Source of the DNA: a virus
Length of the DNA stretch: 64,000 nucleotides
Strand: one strand, 5' to 3'
Virus record (IMG/VR): IMGVR_UViG_3300046477_000550
Shown one piece after another: positions 35,016 through 44,485 of this stretch; the first letter of the stretch is position 1; each line of letters opens with the position of its first letter. Position numbers and translations under genes: made by a program. The notes under the pieces are model-generated. The model ran no database searches. It was not told the origin of the DNA and was given only the letters and a program-made list of their open reading frames with translations.

Positions 35016-35684
35016 TCACGTGCGCTGGTAGTTGCAAAGGATCTTTTCCGCCTGCGCGGCTAGCGCCCCCTGGTCGTGAGAGAACTGCGTCCCGGCCGGG
35101 TCGATCTCACCGAGCGCGAGGACGGCGGCCTGCAACTTGCCGGCCCGCCCCAGATCCGCCGGGACGGTGGTGTAGCCGCCGTCGTAAACGGTTCGGATCA
35201 GGGAGCCGAGCGGGAGGAACGTGCCGAGCGTGAACCAGATGTGCCCGGAGTCCGGCTCGGCGCCGATCAGCGACGCGGCATTCATGATCTGCGAGCCGCC
35301 GTATGACCGCAGAATGGTGACCTGCAGGCCGGAGTAGGTCCACATGTCCGGGTAGCGGCCGGCGAACTCGTTGAGCCACACGTGCCGGACCTGGTCGCCA
35401 GCACCGAGCGCATTGGAGTACGACCTGCCGAGAGTCCCCTGAAGGTCCATGGGGAGGTTCGCGGCATCGGTGTACTCATCCGGGTCGATGCCCGTCGCCC
35501 TGTGAGTCTCCGGCAGGCCCGTGAAAGGCGCCAGGCGGCGTCCGCACATGCCCTCACACTGCCGGGTGGACTCGATCATCAACTGATCGAGGGCGTCCGC
35601 ACTGTAGTCGCGGACCAGGTCGGCGAACTGCCCGGTCTGCATGTCCGCCGAGGTCGCAAGCGGGACCGGAGAGTCCGCGGCCAT
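35016..35684 (-). CDS. head-tail connector/adaptor (assigned by position)
   Basis: 222-aa ORF. Confidence 0.6.
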   Translation of the reverse strand: MAADSPVPLATSADMQTGQFADLVRDYSADALDQLMIESTRQCEGMCGRRLAPFTGLPETHRATGIDPDEYTDAANLPMDLQGTLGRSYSNALGAGDQVRHVWLNEFAGRYPDMWTYSGLQVTILRSYGGSQIMNAASLIGAEPDSGHIWFTLGTFLPLGSLIRTVYDGGYTTVPADLGRAGKLQAAVLALGEIDPAGTQFSHDQGALAAQAEKILCNYQRT

Positions 35685-35687
35685 CGG

Positions 35688-36041
35688 CTACTCCTCGACA
35701 GAGGCAGGCTTGCGGGCGGCCGTCTTCTTCGCCGCGGTCTTCTTCGCTGCAGGCTTCGCCTCGGGCTCGGCGGGCGGCGCGTCCGGGTCGATCTCAGAGA
35801 TCTCCGGGTTCATGTCCGGCTCGACCGGCGATTCCGGGTCGTCGTCGACCGGCGGTTCCGGGTCGGTGTCGTCGGGCGCCGAATCGTCCTCAGCGTCCGG
35901 CAGTACGAGGGTGAACCCGCCGTCGGGGATGGCGAGGAGTTCCTCAGCCTCCTCGTGCGGCATGTCGACGACTGCGCCGTCTTCGTCCCAGGCGTGACCG
36001 AACGAGTCGCTGCCCGCCCGGTCCTTGCGGATGAGCGGCAT
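35688..36041 (-). CDS. hypothetical acidic/Pro-rich protein with Lys-rich tail
   Basis: 117-aa ORF after the capsid gene. Confidence 0.6.
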   Translation of the reverse strand: MPLIRKDRAGSDSFGHAWDEDGAVVDMPHEEAEELLAIPDGGFTLVLPDAEDDSAPDDTDPEPPVDDDPESPVEPDMNPEISEIDPDAPPAEPEAKPAAKKTAAKKTAARKPASVEE

Positions 36042-36105
36042 GAGCGCGCTCCTTTCGGCGTTGGGACGGTGGCGCGCAGCCGTGTGCCGCGCGCCACCGT
36101 GGGAG

Positions 36106-37482
36106 TCAGCTCGTCAGCGACGAGGAGACGCGGCTGATCCGGCCCGTGTACTTCGGCGCCCGCACCGCGAGCGCGCAGTCCGAGACGATCGCGTAGGGCA
36201 TCTGGTCCGGGGCGGACGTCGTCGGATACACATCCAAGGGCTCCAGCTCTCGGACGTAGGGCCGCAGCAGGAACTGGGGGTCGCGGGCGATGAGGTAGAT
36301 GTTCTCCGACCCCGCCGCCTGCGGCTTCATGGCCGCATTGGTGCCCACGTAGGCGGCCGGGATGTTGGCGGGAACGGTGGAGCCGTTCTTCGGGGTGAGC
36401 TTCGCGCCGTCGTCGAGGATCGACGTCGTGAGGATCGGCGTGACACCGTCCGCAGCGATACCGACGGTGGCGTCGACGTAGCCGAGGAACGTCTCCGCAG
36501 TCGTCGCCGTGGACCGGAACACCTTGTACAGGTTCGGCTGCGCGCCGTCGTAGCCGCCCGGCGTCGAGAACGACAGGGTGACCGTCGACGTGGCGCCCGT
36601 GGTGGTCTGGGAGACCTCGACGGACGGCAGGATCTCGCCCTGGCGGGCGATGACCGGCGCGATCTGGTAGTAGTACGTGGCCGCGGCCAGAGTGCCGCCG
36701 GTGGTGGCGGTCGCCGTGGTGACCGCACCCATCTGGTAGGACCGCGCCGACAGGAACGAGCTGGTCACCATCGGGATACCCCGGTAGGCCTGCACGTTGA
36801 GACCCGCGGCGACCTCGGTGGGGCTGAGGTAGCGCTGGTTGGCGATGGCGAGCTGCGCGATGCGCGACTCGGCGGTGGAGGACATGACGAACATCCAGCC
36901 CGGACCGTTGATCTTCATGGCGGCCTGCTGCTCCACCATGTCGATGAGCTTGTCGAGCCAGCCCAGCGACAGCGAGGCGTTCGCGGCGTCGGCCGCGTTC
37001 TGGGTGCCGCCGGAGAACGTGGACACGAGGCTGTCGAGGCCGTCGAACTGCGGGTAGCCGCCCAGCGACGTGGACCCGGAGTTGCCCCACAGGACGGCGT
37101 TCTCGATGTCCCAGTACAGGCCCTGGATGGAGCCCTCGATCTCCTGCGCCCGCAGGTCCCCGGCAAGTCCGCGGGTGACGGCCTGCGCGTAGCCGGTGAC
37201 GGCGCCGACGGACTGCAGGTTGCGGATCGTGAACTGGTTCTGCACGTAGGTCGAGTTGGTGACCGGGCGGGCCCCGCCGTCGGACACGAAGCCGCCTGCC
37301 GCGCGGGCGGTGCGCTGGTTGAAGTAGTAGACGTTGGAGTCCCACTTGCGGGTGGGGATGGCCCGCACGAGGGGGGCGTAGCGCCGCTGGTACTCCAGCA
37401 GCATCGGGTCGACGATGGTCGGGGTGAGGGCGGCTGCGCCTGCGGCGGTCAGCGCCTCGCGGAGTTCGGCCTGGCTGGGCAT
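36106..37482 (-). CDS. major capsid protein
   Basis: 458 aa starting at ATG 37482 after GGAAGG. Position and composition fit an actinophage major capsid protein. Confidence 0.8.
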   Translation of the reverse strand: MPSQAELREALTAAGAAALTPTIVDPMLLEYQRRYAPLVRAIPTRKWDSNVYYFNQRTARAAGGFVSDGGARPVTNSTYVQNQFTIRNLQSVGAVTGYAQAVTRGLAGDLRAQEIEGSIQGLYWDIENAVLWGNSGSTSLGGYPQFDGLDSLVSTFSGGTQNAADAANASLSLGWLDKLIDMVEQQAAMKINGPGWMFVMSSTAESRIAQLAIANQRYLSPTEVAAGLNVQAYRGIPMVTSSFLSARSYQMGAVTTATATTGGTLAAATYYYQIAPVIARQGEILPSVEVSQTTTGATSTVTLSFSTPGGYDGAQPNLYKVFRSTATTAETFLGYVDATVGIAADGVTPILTTSILDDGAKLTPKNGSTVPANIPAAYVGTNAAMKPQAAGSENIYLIARDPQFLLRPYVRELEPLDVYPTTSAPDQMPYAIVSDCALAVRAPKYTGRISRVSSSLTS

Positions 37483-37609
37483 GGTGTTGCCTTCCGGCAG
37501 TGGTGGGTATGGCGAAGCCCCGCGCACGGGGTGCGGGCGGGGCGGCGTGACCATCTCTGCCGAGCGGCACCAGCAGACGGCTGGCGGTCAGGTGGGGCGG
37601 GGCTGCGCG

Positions 37610-39451
37610 TCAGGCACGGTCTCCGAGAATGGCGCTCACGGTCGCCGGGGAGACGTGCGTGCGGAACTCCTCGTCGGTGTACTCGTGGAGCGGCTTCGCG
37701 GGCCAGCCCTCAGGGAGGCCCGCACCGGCGACCGGCGCAGTGTGCTCGGTGACCGGGGCGACGAGACCCTTGCGGGCCGGCCCGCCGGTCGCTTCGACGT
37801 GCTCCTGCACGGCCTTCGGCAGGGCGGCGGCGAGACCTTCGGAGACGAGGCGGCTGATGCGCTGCTCTTCGGTCTCGGCCACCTCCGCCGCAGCCGGGGC
37901 CGCGGCCTCGACGACGGTGTCGGCCGCCGGAGCGGACTCGGTGGTGGGTGCCGGAACGGCGGCCGGGGTGACGGCGGCGAGGAGCTGCTTGAACTGGTCG
38001 TCGGTCAGGTGGACCCCACCAGCGGCGGGGGCGGCGGCCGTGTCGGCTGCCGGGGTGGTGGACTCCGCCATGGCGGGCTCCTCTTCCTGGGTGGGGGTTT
38101 CGGCGACCGGTGAATCCGGCGCCGGAGTCTGGGTGCCGCCGTCGGCCAATCCAGCGGCAACAGCCGAACCGCTCTCGGCGAGTTGCACAGTCGGCGACTC
38201 AACGGCGGTCTCCATCGCGTCGTCGTCCTCGCCCATGCAGTGCACGCACTGGCCCTCGGCGCACTCGCACGGGCAGGCGCCAGGCGTCTCGGGGATCGCG
38301 CAGCCGCAGTCGCACGGGCACGGGGCGCCCGCGGCGGTCGCCGGTTCGTCGCCGTCCGGCGAACCCGGGGTGTCGACGTCGCCGTCCATGTCCGGGTCGA
38401 TGTTCGCCAGGGTCTGGGCGGCACCGGCCATCGCAGCGCGGCCGACGGCGTCGAGGTCGTGGGGGTCGAGCGAGTACGAGGAGACGGTGACCGTGGTCGG
38501 CCCGTTCGTCAGCGACACGTACAGGTTTCCGGCATCACCGGAGTCCATGCCCCAGCACTCGGCGAGAGCCTCGGTCACCTGGATGGCGGGCTCGATCAGC
38601 CAGCCCTCTTGGGTGTCGACCGTGACGCCGAACTTCTTCAGGGCCTTGACGATGCGCTGCTTGATCCGCTTGAGCTGGGCGGAAGTGTAGTCGCGGGCGT
38701 TATCGGCCTGCCCGATGTACGCCCATGCGGCTTTCGCCTTGGCCTTACTGGAGATGTCGTAGCGCTGCTTCTTGTCGGACTGGTAGCCCGGGTCGGCGTA
38801 GGCGGTGCTGTCTCCGGATAGGCCTGAGCCGCGCTTCGACACGGCCGGAGTGTCGGCCTCGGTCGTGGTGGTCACCAGCGCCTCCTGTACTGACTCATGG
38901 ATCAGCACCCGTCCGTCGGATGCCGTCTCCGCCGGGGCGCTGGCGGCCTCCGCGGGGGTGAATGTGTCGACCTGAGCGCCGGGCACGCCGGGCTTCCTCG
39001 TGAAATCAAGCCCATCGAGTTCCAAGTCGTCACTGGTCTCAACGGGCGAGCCGTCTGGTCCCGGCTCCCGCCGCACCTTTCCCACCCACGCCCCGCGGAT
39101 CGACACTCCGCGCAGGAACGGCGGCCCGTCGGTGTCGTCGACGAGAGCGGCGATCGTCTGGCCCGCCACCGTATTCACCAGGTCCGCGGTGTACTTCGCC
39201 GATCCGTCCTCCGCGAGGGTGACCGACGTGAGTCGACCGGCGATCTGCGTGGAATCGTCGTCGGCTGCATGGTGGGTGAGCATCGCCAGGGGCATCGAGC
39301 CCTCGTCGATGCGCTCTCGGGCCCGCTGTACGGCCTTCGCGATGTTCTCGACGGTGTAGAGGCGCCGGTTGCGGCTGATGCCGGGTACGAGCGCGGTCCC
39401 GGAGATGGTGCCGATCCGGCGCCCCATGATGCGTGCGGCCACTGCGGTCAC
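37610..39451 (-). CDS. capsid maturation protease / scaffold fusion
   Basis: GTG overlaps the upstream stop (GTGA). N-terminal prohead-protease-like region (GTALVPGISRNRRLYT...). C-terminal Ala/Pro/Glu-rich scaffold-like region with a Cys-rich insert. Confidence 0.65.
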   Translation of the reverse strand: MTAVAARIMGRRIGTISGTALVPGISRNRRLYTVENIAKAVQRARERIDEGSMPLAMLTHHAADDDSTQIAGRLTSVTLAEDGSAKYTADLVNTVAGQTIAALVDDTDGPPFLRGVSIRGAWVGKVRREPGPDGSPVETSDDLELDGLDFTRKPGVPGAQVDTFTPAEAASAPAETASDGRVLIHESVQEALVTTTTEADTPAVSKRGSGLSGDSTAYADPGYQSDKKQRYDISSKAKAKAAWAYIGQADNARDYTSAQLKRIKQRIVKALKKFGVTVDTQEGWLIEPAIQVTEALAECWGMDSGDAGNLYVSLTNGPTTVTVSSYSLDPHDLDAVGRAAMAGAAQTLANIDPDMDGDVDTPGSPDGDEPATAAGAPCPCDCGCAIPETPGACPCECAEGQCVHCMGEDDDAMETAVESPTVQLAESGSAVAAGLADGGTQTPAPDSPVAETPTQEEEPAMAESTTPAADTAAAPAAGGVHLTDDQFKQLLAAVTPAAVPAPTTESAPAADTVVEAAAPAAAEVAETEEQRISRLVSEGLAAALPKAVQEHVEATGGPARKGLVAPVTEHTAPVAGAGLPEGWPAKPLHEYTDEEFRTHVSPATVSAILGDRA

Positions 39452-39843
39452 CTTCCGATCAGCGCGATGGATGCCTGCGGGTAGACCGGGTTGGTGCCGC
39501 CGAGGGTCCAGGTGACGCGGCCCAGGTTCGGGAGGACCATGGCCGCCGTGCTGGGCATGTGGAGTCCGGCGAACGCGGAGGCACGCCCGGCCGATGTGGT
39601 CATCTGTGTGATCTTCGCGATGGCCGGATACCAGTTGCCGTCGGGGTCCTGCACGTCGAGTCCGACGTCGAGCGTGGGGGTCGTGCCGGTCGGCGTACCG
39701 ACAACTGCGACGGCGAGCCACACATCGCTGATGTCGGTCAGGCTGATGACCGGGCCGTTCGTTGTGGCGGCGCCGGACAGGGTGGGCGGCGTGCCGGATG
39801 GGGTCAGGTTCCACAAGACCCGGGCCGGGCGGTAGATGCTCAT
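39448..39843 (-). CDS. hypothetical head-module protein
   Basis: 131-aa beta-rich ORF. Confidence 0.65.
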   Translation of the reverse strand: MSIYRPARVLWNLTPSGTPPTLSGAATTNGPVISLTDISDVWLAVAVVGTPTGTTPTLDVGLDVQDPDGNWYPAIAKITQMTTSAGRASAFAGLHMPSTAAMVLPNLGRVTWTLGGTNPVYPQASIALIGR

Positions 39844-39856
39844 CGGGGTCTCCAGG

Positions 39857-41323
39857 TCATGTGAACCAGGCGGCGAAGTGGCCGAGGTCGACGGATGCGG
39901 ATACGAAGCACCGGCATCGCGGGTGCGCGGGCCACTCCGGCAGGTCGCCGGGCGCCCACGGATTTCCGGCTTCGTTGGCCTCGCAAGCCGGACAGACGCG
40001 GCCGTCGCCGACTGACAGCCAGTCGCAGGTCAGTACGCCTTCGGACTGGTACAGGGCGAGCGCTCCCCCGGCGGCTGCGCTGGTGATGGCCCAGTCGGTG
40101 ATGAAGCCGACGTCGTCGTCCGGATCGTCTTCGTCGGGGGTGAGAGCGTCTTCGGCGGCGTCGGTCATGGTGTCGCGGTCGTCGCCACGGTCGGCGCTCT
40201 GCTGAAGGATCCGGGCGAGCGAGGCTTCTGCTCGCCGGATGAGGCGGGTGAGCCATGTGTCCACGGCTGCGCCTGCGTCGTCGAGGCGTTGCACGTCCTG
40301 GTAGGCGTCGGCGAAGGCGGCGTTCCAGTCGAGGCCTGCGCGTCCTGCCTGCTCGGCGGCGACGGCCACAGCGTTGACCATGCCCTCGGCGTGGCCTGCA
40401 TTGAGGGCGTCCCGGAGTGCGGCGCGGAGGGTGTGCCATGCGGGGAGGTTGGGGAGCGCGGCGAGCATGGCGGTTGCGGCCAGGGCTGCGGCGGTCTTCT
40501 GATCGTCGCTGTTGGCTTCGGTGAGTCCGACGCTGCGGCGGAAACTGTCGACGGTGGCGGTGATCGCGTCGCGGTCGACGAGTTGCCGCCAGGCGTCGGC
40601 GACGATCCGGGTGTGCTCGCGCAGTTTCTCCTCGCGGCGCCGGAAGAGGAGCGCCCACATCCCTTCGAGCTTGCCGAGGTCAACGGCGACTTCGAGGATG
40701 CGCGGATCGTCGGCATACTCGATCGCGGTCTGGACGGCGGCGGTGCTCGCGGCCTTCACTCGTTCCGTGAGCGGGCCTCCCGAGGCGGCCCACCCGGCAG
40801 CGAACGCCTCCCGCGCCGGGGCCGCGATGGGATGTTCCAGTGGGCTGTCGGTGCGGTCGGCGCCGTGGACTGCGGCCAGCGCGGCGAATTCCACCGGGGT
40901 AGCTTCGAGGCGGTCGAGAGGTGACGGCTCGTCGGCGGCGATGTAGGTCACGGTCATGTGGGCGCAATAGCCGTGGTCTCGCGGGATCTGGATGCCTCGT
41001 TCGGCGAGTGCGTCCAGGGTGTCGCGCCGCAGGTCTTCGAGGTCGGACGAGTCGATGAGAGCGACGATGACGTCCTTGTCACCGCCGGTGAAGCGAGCCA
41101 GTCCGGAGATCTGCGCCTTGACCGGCTTGCGGGCCGCCAGCTCTGCGACGACCTCGCGGAACTCGTCGCCATCAATGTCGTCCGCATCACCGAGGTAGAC
41201 GACCGTGACGTGCATTTCGTCGGGCGGGAGGCCGCCTTCGACTGCCAGCTTCTCGGCGACTTCGGGCGGCGGATAGAGGGCGATCATGCAGCCGTCGGAG
41301 TAGTCCGGGGATGTCACGGCCAC
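39857..41323 (-). CDS. 2H phosphoesterase (LigT-like) :: MuF/SPP1 gp7-like head morphogenesis fusion protein
   Basis: N-terminus has two H-x-T-x motifs (HVTVVY, HMTVTY). C-terminus has the MuF-type RVCPACEANEAGNPW...HPRCRC motif. Lies directly after the portal gene. Confidence 0.75.
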   Translation of the reverse strand: MAVTSPDYSDGCMIALYPPPEVAEKLAVEGGLPPDEMHVTVVYLGDADDIDGDEFREVVAELAARKPVKAQISGLARFTGGDKDVIVALIDSSDLEDLRRDTLDALAERGIQIPRDHGYCAHMTVTYIAADEPSPLDRLEATPVEFAALAAVHGADRTDSPLEHPIAAPAREAFAAGWAASGGPLTERVKAASTAAVQTAIEYADDPRILEVAVDLGKLEGMWALLFRRREEKLREHTRIVADAWRQLVDRDAITATVDSFRRSVGLTEANSDDQKTAAALAATAMLAALPNLPAWHTLRAALRDALNAGHAEGMVNAVAVAAEQAGRAGLDWNAAFADAYQDVQRLDDAGAAVDTWLTRLIRRAEASLARILQQSADRGDDRDTMTDAAEDALTPDEDDPDDDVGFITDWAITSAAAGGALALYQSEGVLTCDWLSVGDGRVCPACEANEAGNPWAPGDLPEWPAHPRCRCFVSASVDLGHFAAWFT

Positions 41324-41405
41324 CCCCTACCGTCAGCCGACTCGCTTCTTGATGAGCGGGAGGACGTCCTTTGCCCGCAGCGGGTGCGGGGGTTCCGGTG
41401 GCGGT

Positions 41406-42950
41406 TCAGGCGGCGTGCTCATCGACACCACCTCCCGGCAGTGATTCGAGCGCCTCACACAGGCGGCGCCGGTACAGGTCGCGGGCGGACTCGCGGGGTG
41501 GGTCGGCGCCCGGCGGCGGCTGACCTGCGGCCACCGCCTGCAACTGGGGCGGAACTGGGACCGGTTCCGGCTTCTGGACCGTTACCGGTTCGCCGTGTGC
41601 CGGGTCGGCCGGTTCCAAGGCGGTGCCACGCAGCTTGTTGGCGATGTTCGCCTTGCTCGCAGCGTCCATGTCCGCCCACTTGACCAGGTTTTCCCGGTCC
41701 ACGAGCACGGCCTGGTCGCCACCGTCGACGGCAGGTTCGCCAATGTCGGCGCGGTAGCGGTCGAGCGTCCAGGAGCCGTTACGGAGCCGTGTGTCGCGGA
41801 TCTTCTCGACGGTCTCACTGTCGCGCATGTCGACATCACGGAACTTCAGCTTCCAGCCCTCGACGCCGAACCCGTTCTTCGCCAGGTGGAAGTTGAGGGC
41901 TTCCAGGACCAGTTCGGCGAGCGGCTGGCAGGTGTTGAGCATGAAGGTGCGGTCCTGCGCCTCACCCGTTCCGCCACCCAAGTTGCCGCTTTCGATGATG
42001 CCGACCTTCGACGGGGGCACACCGTAGGAGGCGATGATCTCGTCGCGCTTCTGGTTGAGGAACGCCAGGTAGTCCATGGTGCGGGACTGCGACAGCTCAT
42101 CGACTGTCGCGCCGCCCTTGGTGTTGATCGGGTTGCCGATGTTGCGGGGTCCGATGTTGCGCTGTTGATACTGCGCGTTCCACCGGTTGATGTCCCCCGG
42201 CGAGGCCCCGGCCGGGTGGTCCACGTGCAGGACCGGCGGGCAGCCCTTCCGGAAGATCTCCTTCGACGTAGCAGCCGAGAAAAGCCACGACACGATCGGC
42301 AGCATCGCGGCCTGCGTCGGGCTGACACCGAACACCCCGGAGCGCGGCGAATCCAGCGAGATGTGGATGACGTCGCGCGGCTCGAACGTGGCCCGCTGGC
42401 CCAGCTCGGTCACCTGCACATAGCTGGTGATCGTGCCGTGCTCGTCGGCGATCGGCAGCATCGACGGGCAGTCCAGCGAATACAGGGCCACCGGCTGCTT
42501 ACCGACCCACACCACCTCAATGAACGCGTCACCGAAGACGAGGAGGTCGGTGATGACGCCGCGGAGGATCTGCCGGATGTTCTCCCGCGGATTGCAGTAG
42601 CCGATCATCCGCTCCAGCAGCAGCACCTGCTGCGGCTTGTCCGGCTGCTCGTCGTCGCCTTCACCGTCATCGGTATCCCAGTCGGTGACGAGACCGCCCG
42701 CGGTGATGGTGCGGGAGATGGCGTTGACGGACGCCCACGACCAGGGGCAGGCGAGATAGGCCTCGTAGAGCTGGTTGAGCGTCGAGCGGCGGTCGGACTG
42801 GGTGGCCGCGCCGATGCCCTGGTTGGATTCGGTGAGGCCGCCGGGGCTGATGCCGTACTCGTAGCCCGCACGTTCCGGAAGCTTCGCCGGGGCGGTCTCC
42901 AGTACTTCGTCGCTGGAGCGCAGGCCGTTCCACCAGGTGCGCAGACTCAT
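41406..42950 (-). CDS. portal protein
   Basis: 514 aa coupled to the terminase (ATGA overlap), with portal-like length and sequence. Confidence 0.85.
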   Translation of the reverse strand: MSLRTWWNGLRSSDEVLETAPAKLPERAGYEYGISPGGLTESNQGIGAATQSDRRSTLNQLYEAYLACPWSWASVNAISRTITAGGLVTDWDTDDGEGDDEQPDKPQQVLLLERMIGYCNPRENIRQILRGVITDLLVFGDAFIEVVWVGKQPVALYSLDCPSMLPIADEHGTITSYVQVTELGQRATFEPRDVIHISLDSPRSGVFGVSPTQAAMLPIVSWLFSAATSKEIFRKGCPPVLHVDHPAGASPGDINRWNAQYQQRNIGPRNIGNPINTKGGATVDELSQSRTMDYLAFLNQKRDEIIASYGVPPSKVGIIESGNLGGGTGEAQDRTFMLNTCQPLAELVLEALNFHLAKNGFGVEGWKLKFRDVDMRDSETVEKIRDTRLRNGSWTLDRYRADIGEPAVDGGDQAVLVDRENLVKWADMDAASKANIANKLRGTALEPADPAHGEPVTVQKPEPVPVPPQLQAVAAGQPPPGADPPRESARDLYRRRLCEALESLPGGGVDEHAA

Positions 42951-44469
42951 GGGGCTTCCACCGTCCCCCCGGCGCGCGGCGCGTCATCGTCGTCGAACCA
43001 CCAGGCGTCATCGTTCGGTGCGGTCTCCGCGGGGCGGACGGCCATCGTCGGGCCAAGCGGCTGCAGCACCTCGCCGATGGGCGCGGTCGGAACGTCGTCG
43101 AGGATGACGAATTCCGGGCCGGTGCCGAGGTTGGACAAGAGATAGCGAACAGCGTCGCTCGCATGATCATCTGCTGTGGTGTCGGCGTCCTCGGGGTCGC
43201 CCTTGGTGGCGTGCGGCAGGTTCGACAGCTCCCGGTACAGCTCGGTGACCGTCGAGAACATGTGCAGCTTCGGGCAGGTCGTCCAGCCGTGAGCCCGGTG
43301 GTGCGCACAGGCGGGCGCCTCGCCGAGGTAGGAGTGGACTCGCTGCCAGCCGTTGACGCGGCTCCCGGCGCCCTTGCCGGCCGGGGAGAGGTGTACGCCG
43401 TTGTCGGCGTACACCGAGGAGATCGGTTTGGCGTCGCCGCGGGTGGCCCACATGGCGTCGTCGGCGTACCGCACGGCGACATGTTCGCCGTCGGCTTCCG
43501 CTGCGAGGATCTGCTTGGCCTGCTCGTTTTCGCCGATGCCCCGCTGGTATATCTCCCGGTAGACCCAGACACGGCCGTCTTCGTCAACGGCTGCCCACAG
43601 GACAGCCCAGGGGGCGCTGAAGCCCCAGTCGATGCCGTTGTACCGCCGCCACGAGGCGGGCAGTGCGATCGGCTCGATGACGTGCCGGTCGCGCTTCAGC
43701 TCGGGGAACATCATTCCGGCGAACACGTCCCAGTCACCGTCCAGGAAGGCGGAGCGGAGTTTGCCGTCGAGGGCTTGGAGGTCTTGGGCGTACTCGGGGT
43801 TGACGTGCGGGTTGTCGGACAGCTTGGACGGGATGAAGCGCACGGTGCGGTTGCGGATGTCGGTGACGACGTTCGCCCCGTAGTTCGTGGGCTCGATATA
43901 GCGGGCCTTGACCGCGCCGTGGCCGGGGCCTCCCGGGTTGGTTCCGGAGCGGATCCCGAGGACGGGGATGTCGCGGCGGCCGGAGCGGAGGCGGGACTCC
44001 AGGAAGGAGCACACGTCGGGCGGGGTCAGGGTCCGCTCGTCGAAGATGAGCAGCTGGTACTGGCCGCCCTGACGCCGGGTGGCGTCCTGGACAGTCTCGG
44101 CATACCGGAACATGATCAGGCTGCCGTTCGGGAACCGCAGCTCGTACTCGGTACCGTTCCAGCGAGCCCCAAGATCCTTCGCGAAGTTGAGGTTGACCAA
44201 CTCGGCGATGAGCGACTCTTTCAGCTCGCCGTAGGTGCGGCGGAAGGCGCCGACGCGCAGCCCCGGGTACTGCATACACTCCCGGATCGCGTGCGCGGTC
44301 AGCGCCCTACTTTTCCCCCACCAGCCGCCCCACCGAACAGCACATCGAACTCGGTCGCGGCGTGGAACTCGTGCTGCTTCGGTGTCGGTATGTAGCCGAG
44401 CTGCCCGAATACGTCCTTCGGCTCGAAGGCCTGGGCTGCGAACTCAGCCCATTCGAGGGTGGCGGACAT
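42947..44469 (-). CDS. terminase large subunit, interrupted: needs a -1 shift at 44317-44311
   Basis: The N-terminal 56 codons (AAGGAGG RBS, ATG 44469) end ...FGGAAGGGKVGR-stop. The -1 frame continues GGGKSRALTAHAIRECMQYPGLRV... into the 442-aa ORF 42947-44275. Confidence 0.8.
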
Positions 44470-44485
44470 CCGCAGCCTCCTTGCT

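Noticed and set aside
35810-37570. 586-aa minus-strand ORF overlapping the capsid gene
   Set aside because: It is an out-of-frame shadow of the major capsid ORF with an Arg/Pro/His-rich composition. The capsid frame has normal composition and an RBS.
41595-43145. 516-aa plus-strand ORF
   Set aside because: Antisense to the portal and terminase genes, with shadow-frame composition.
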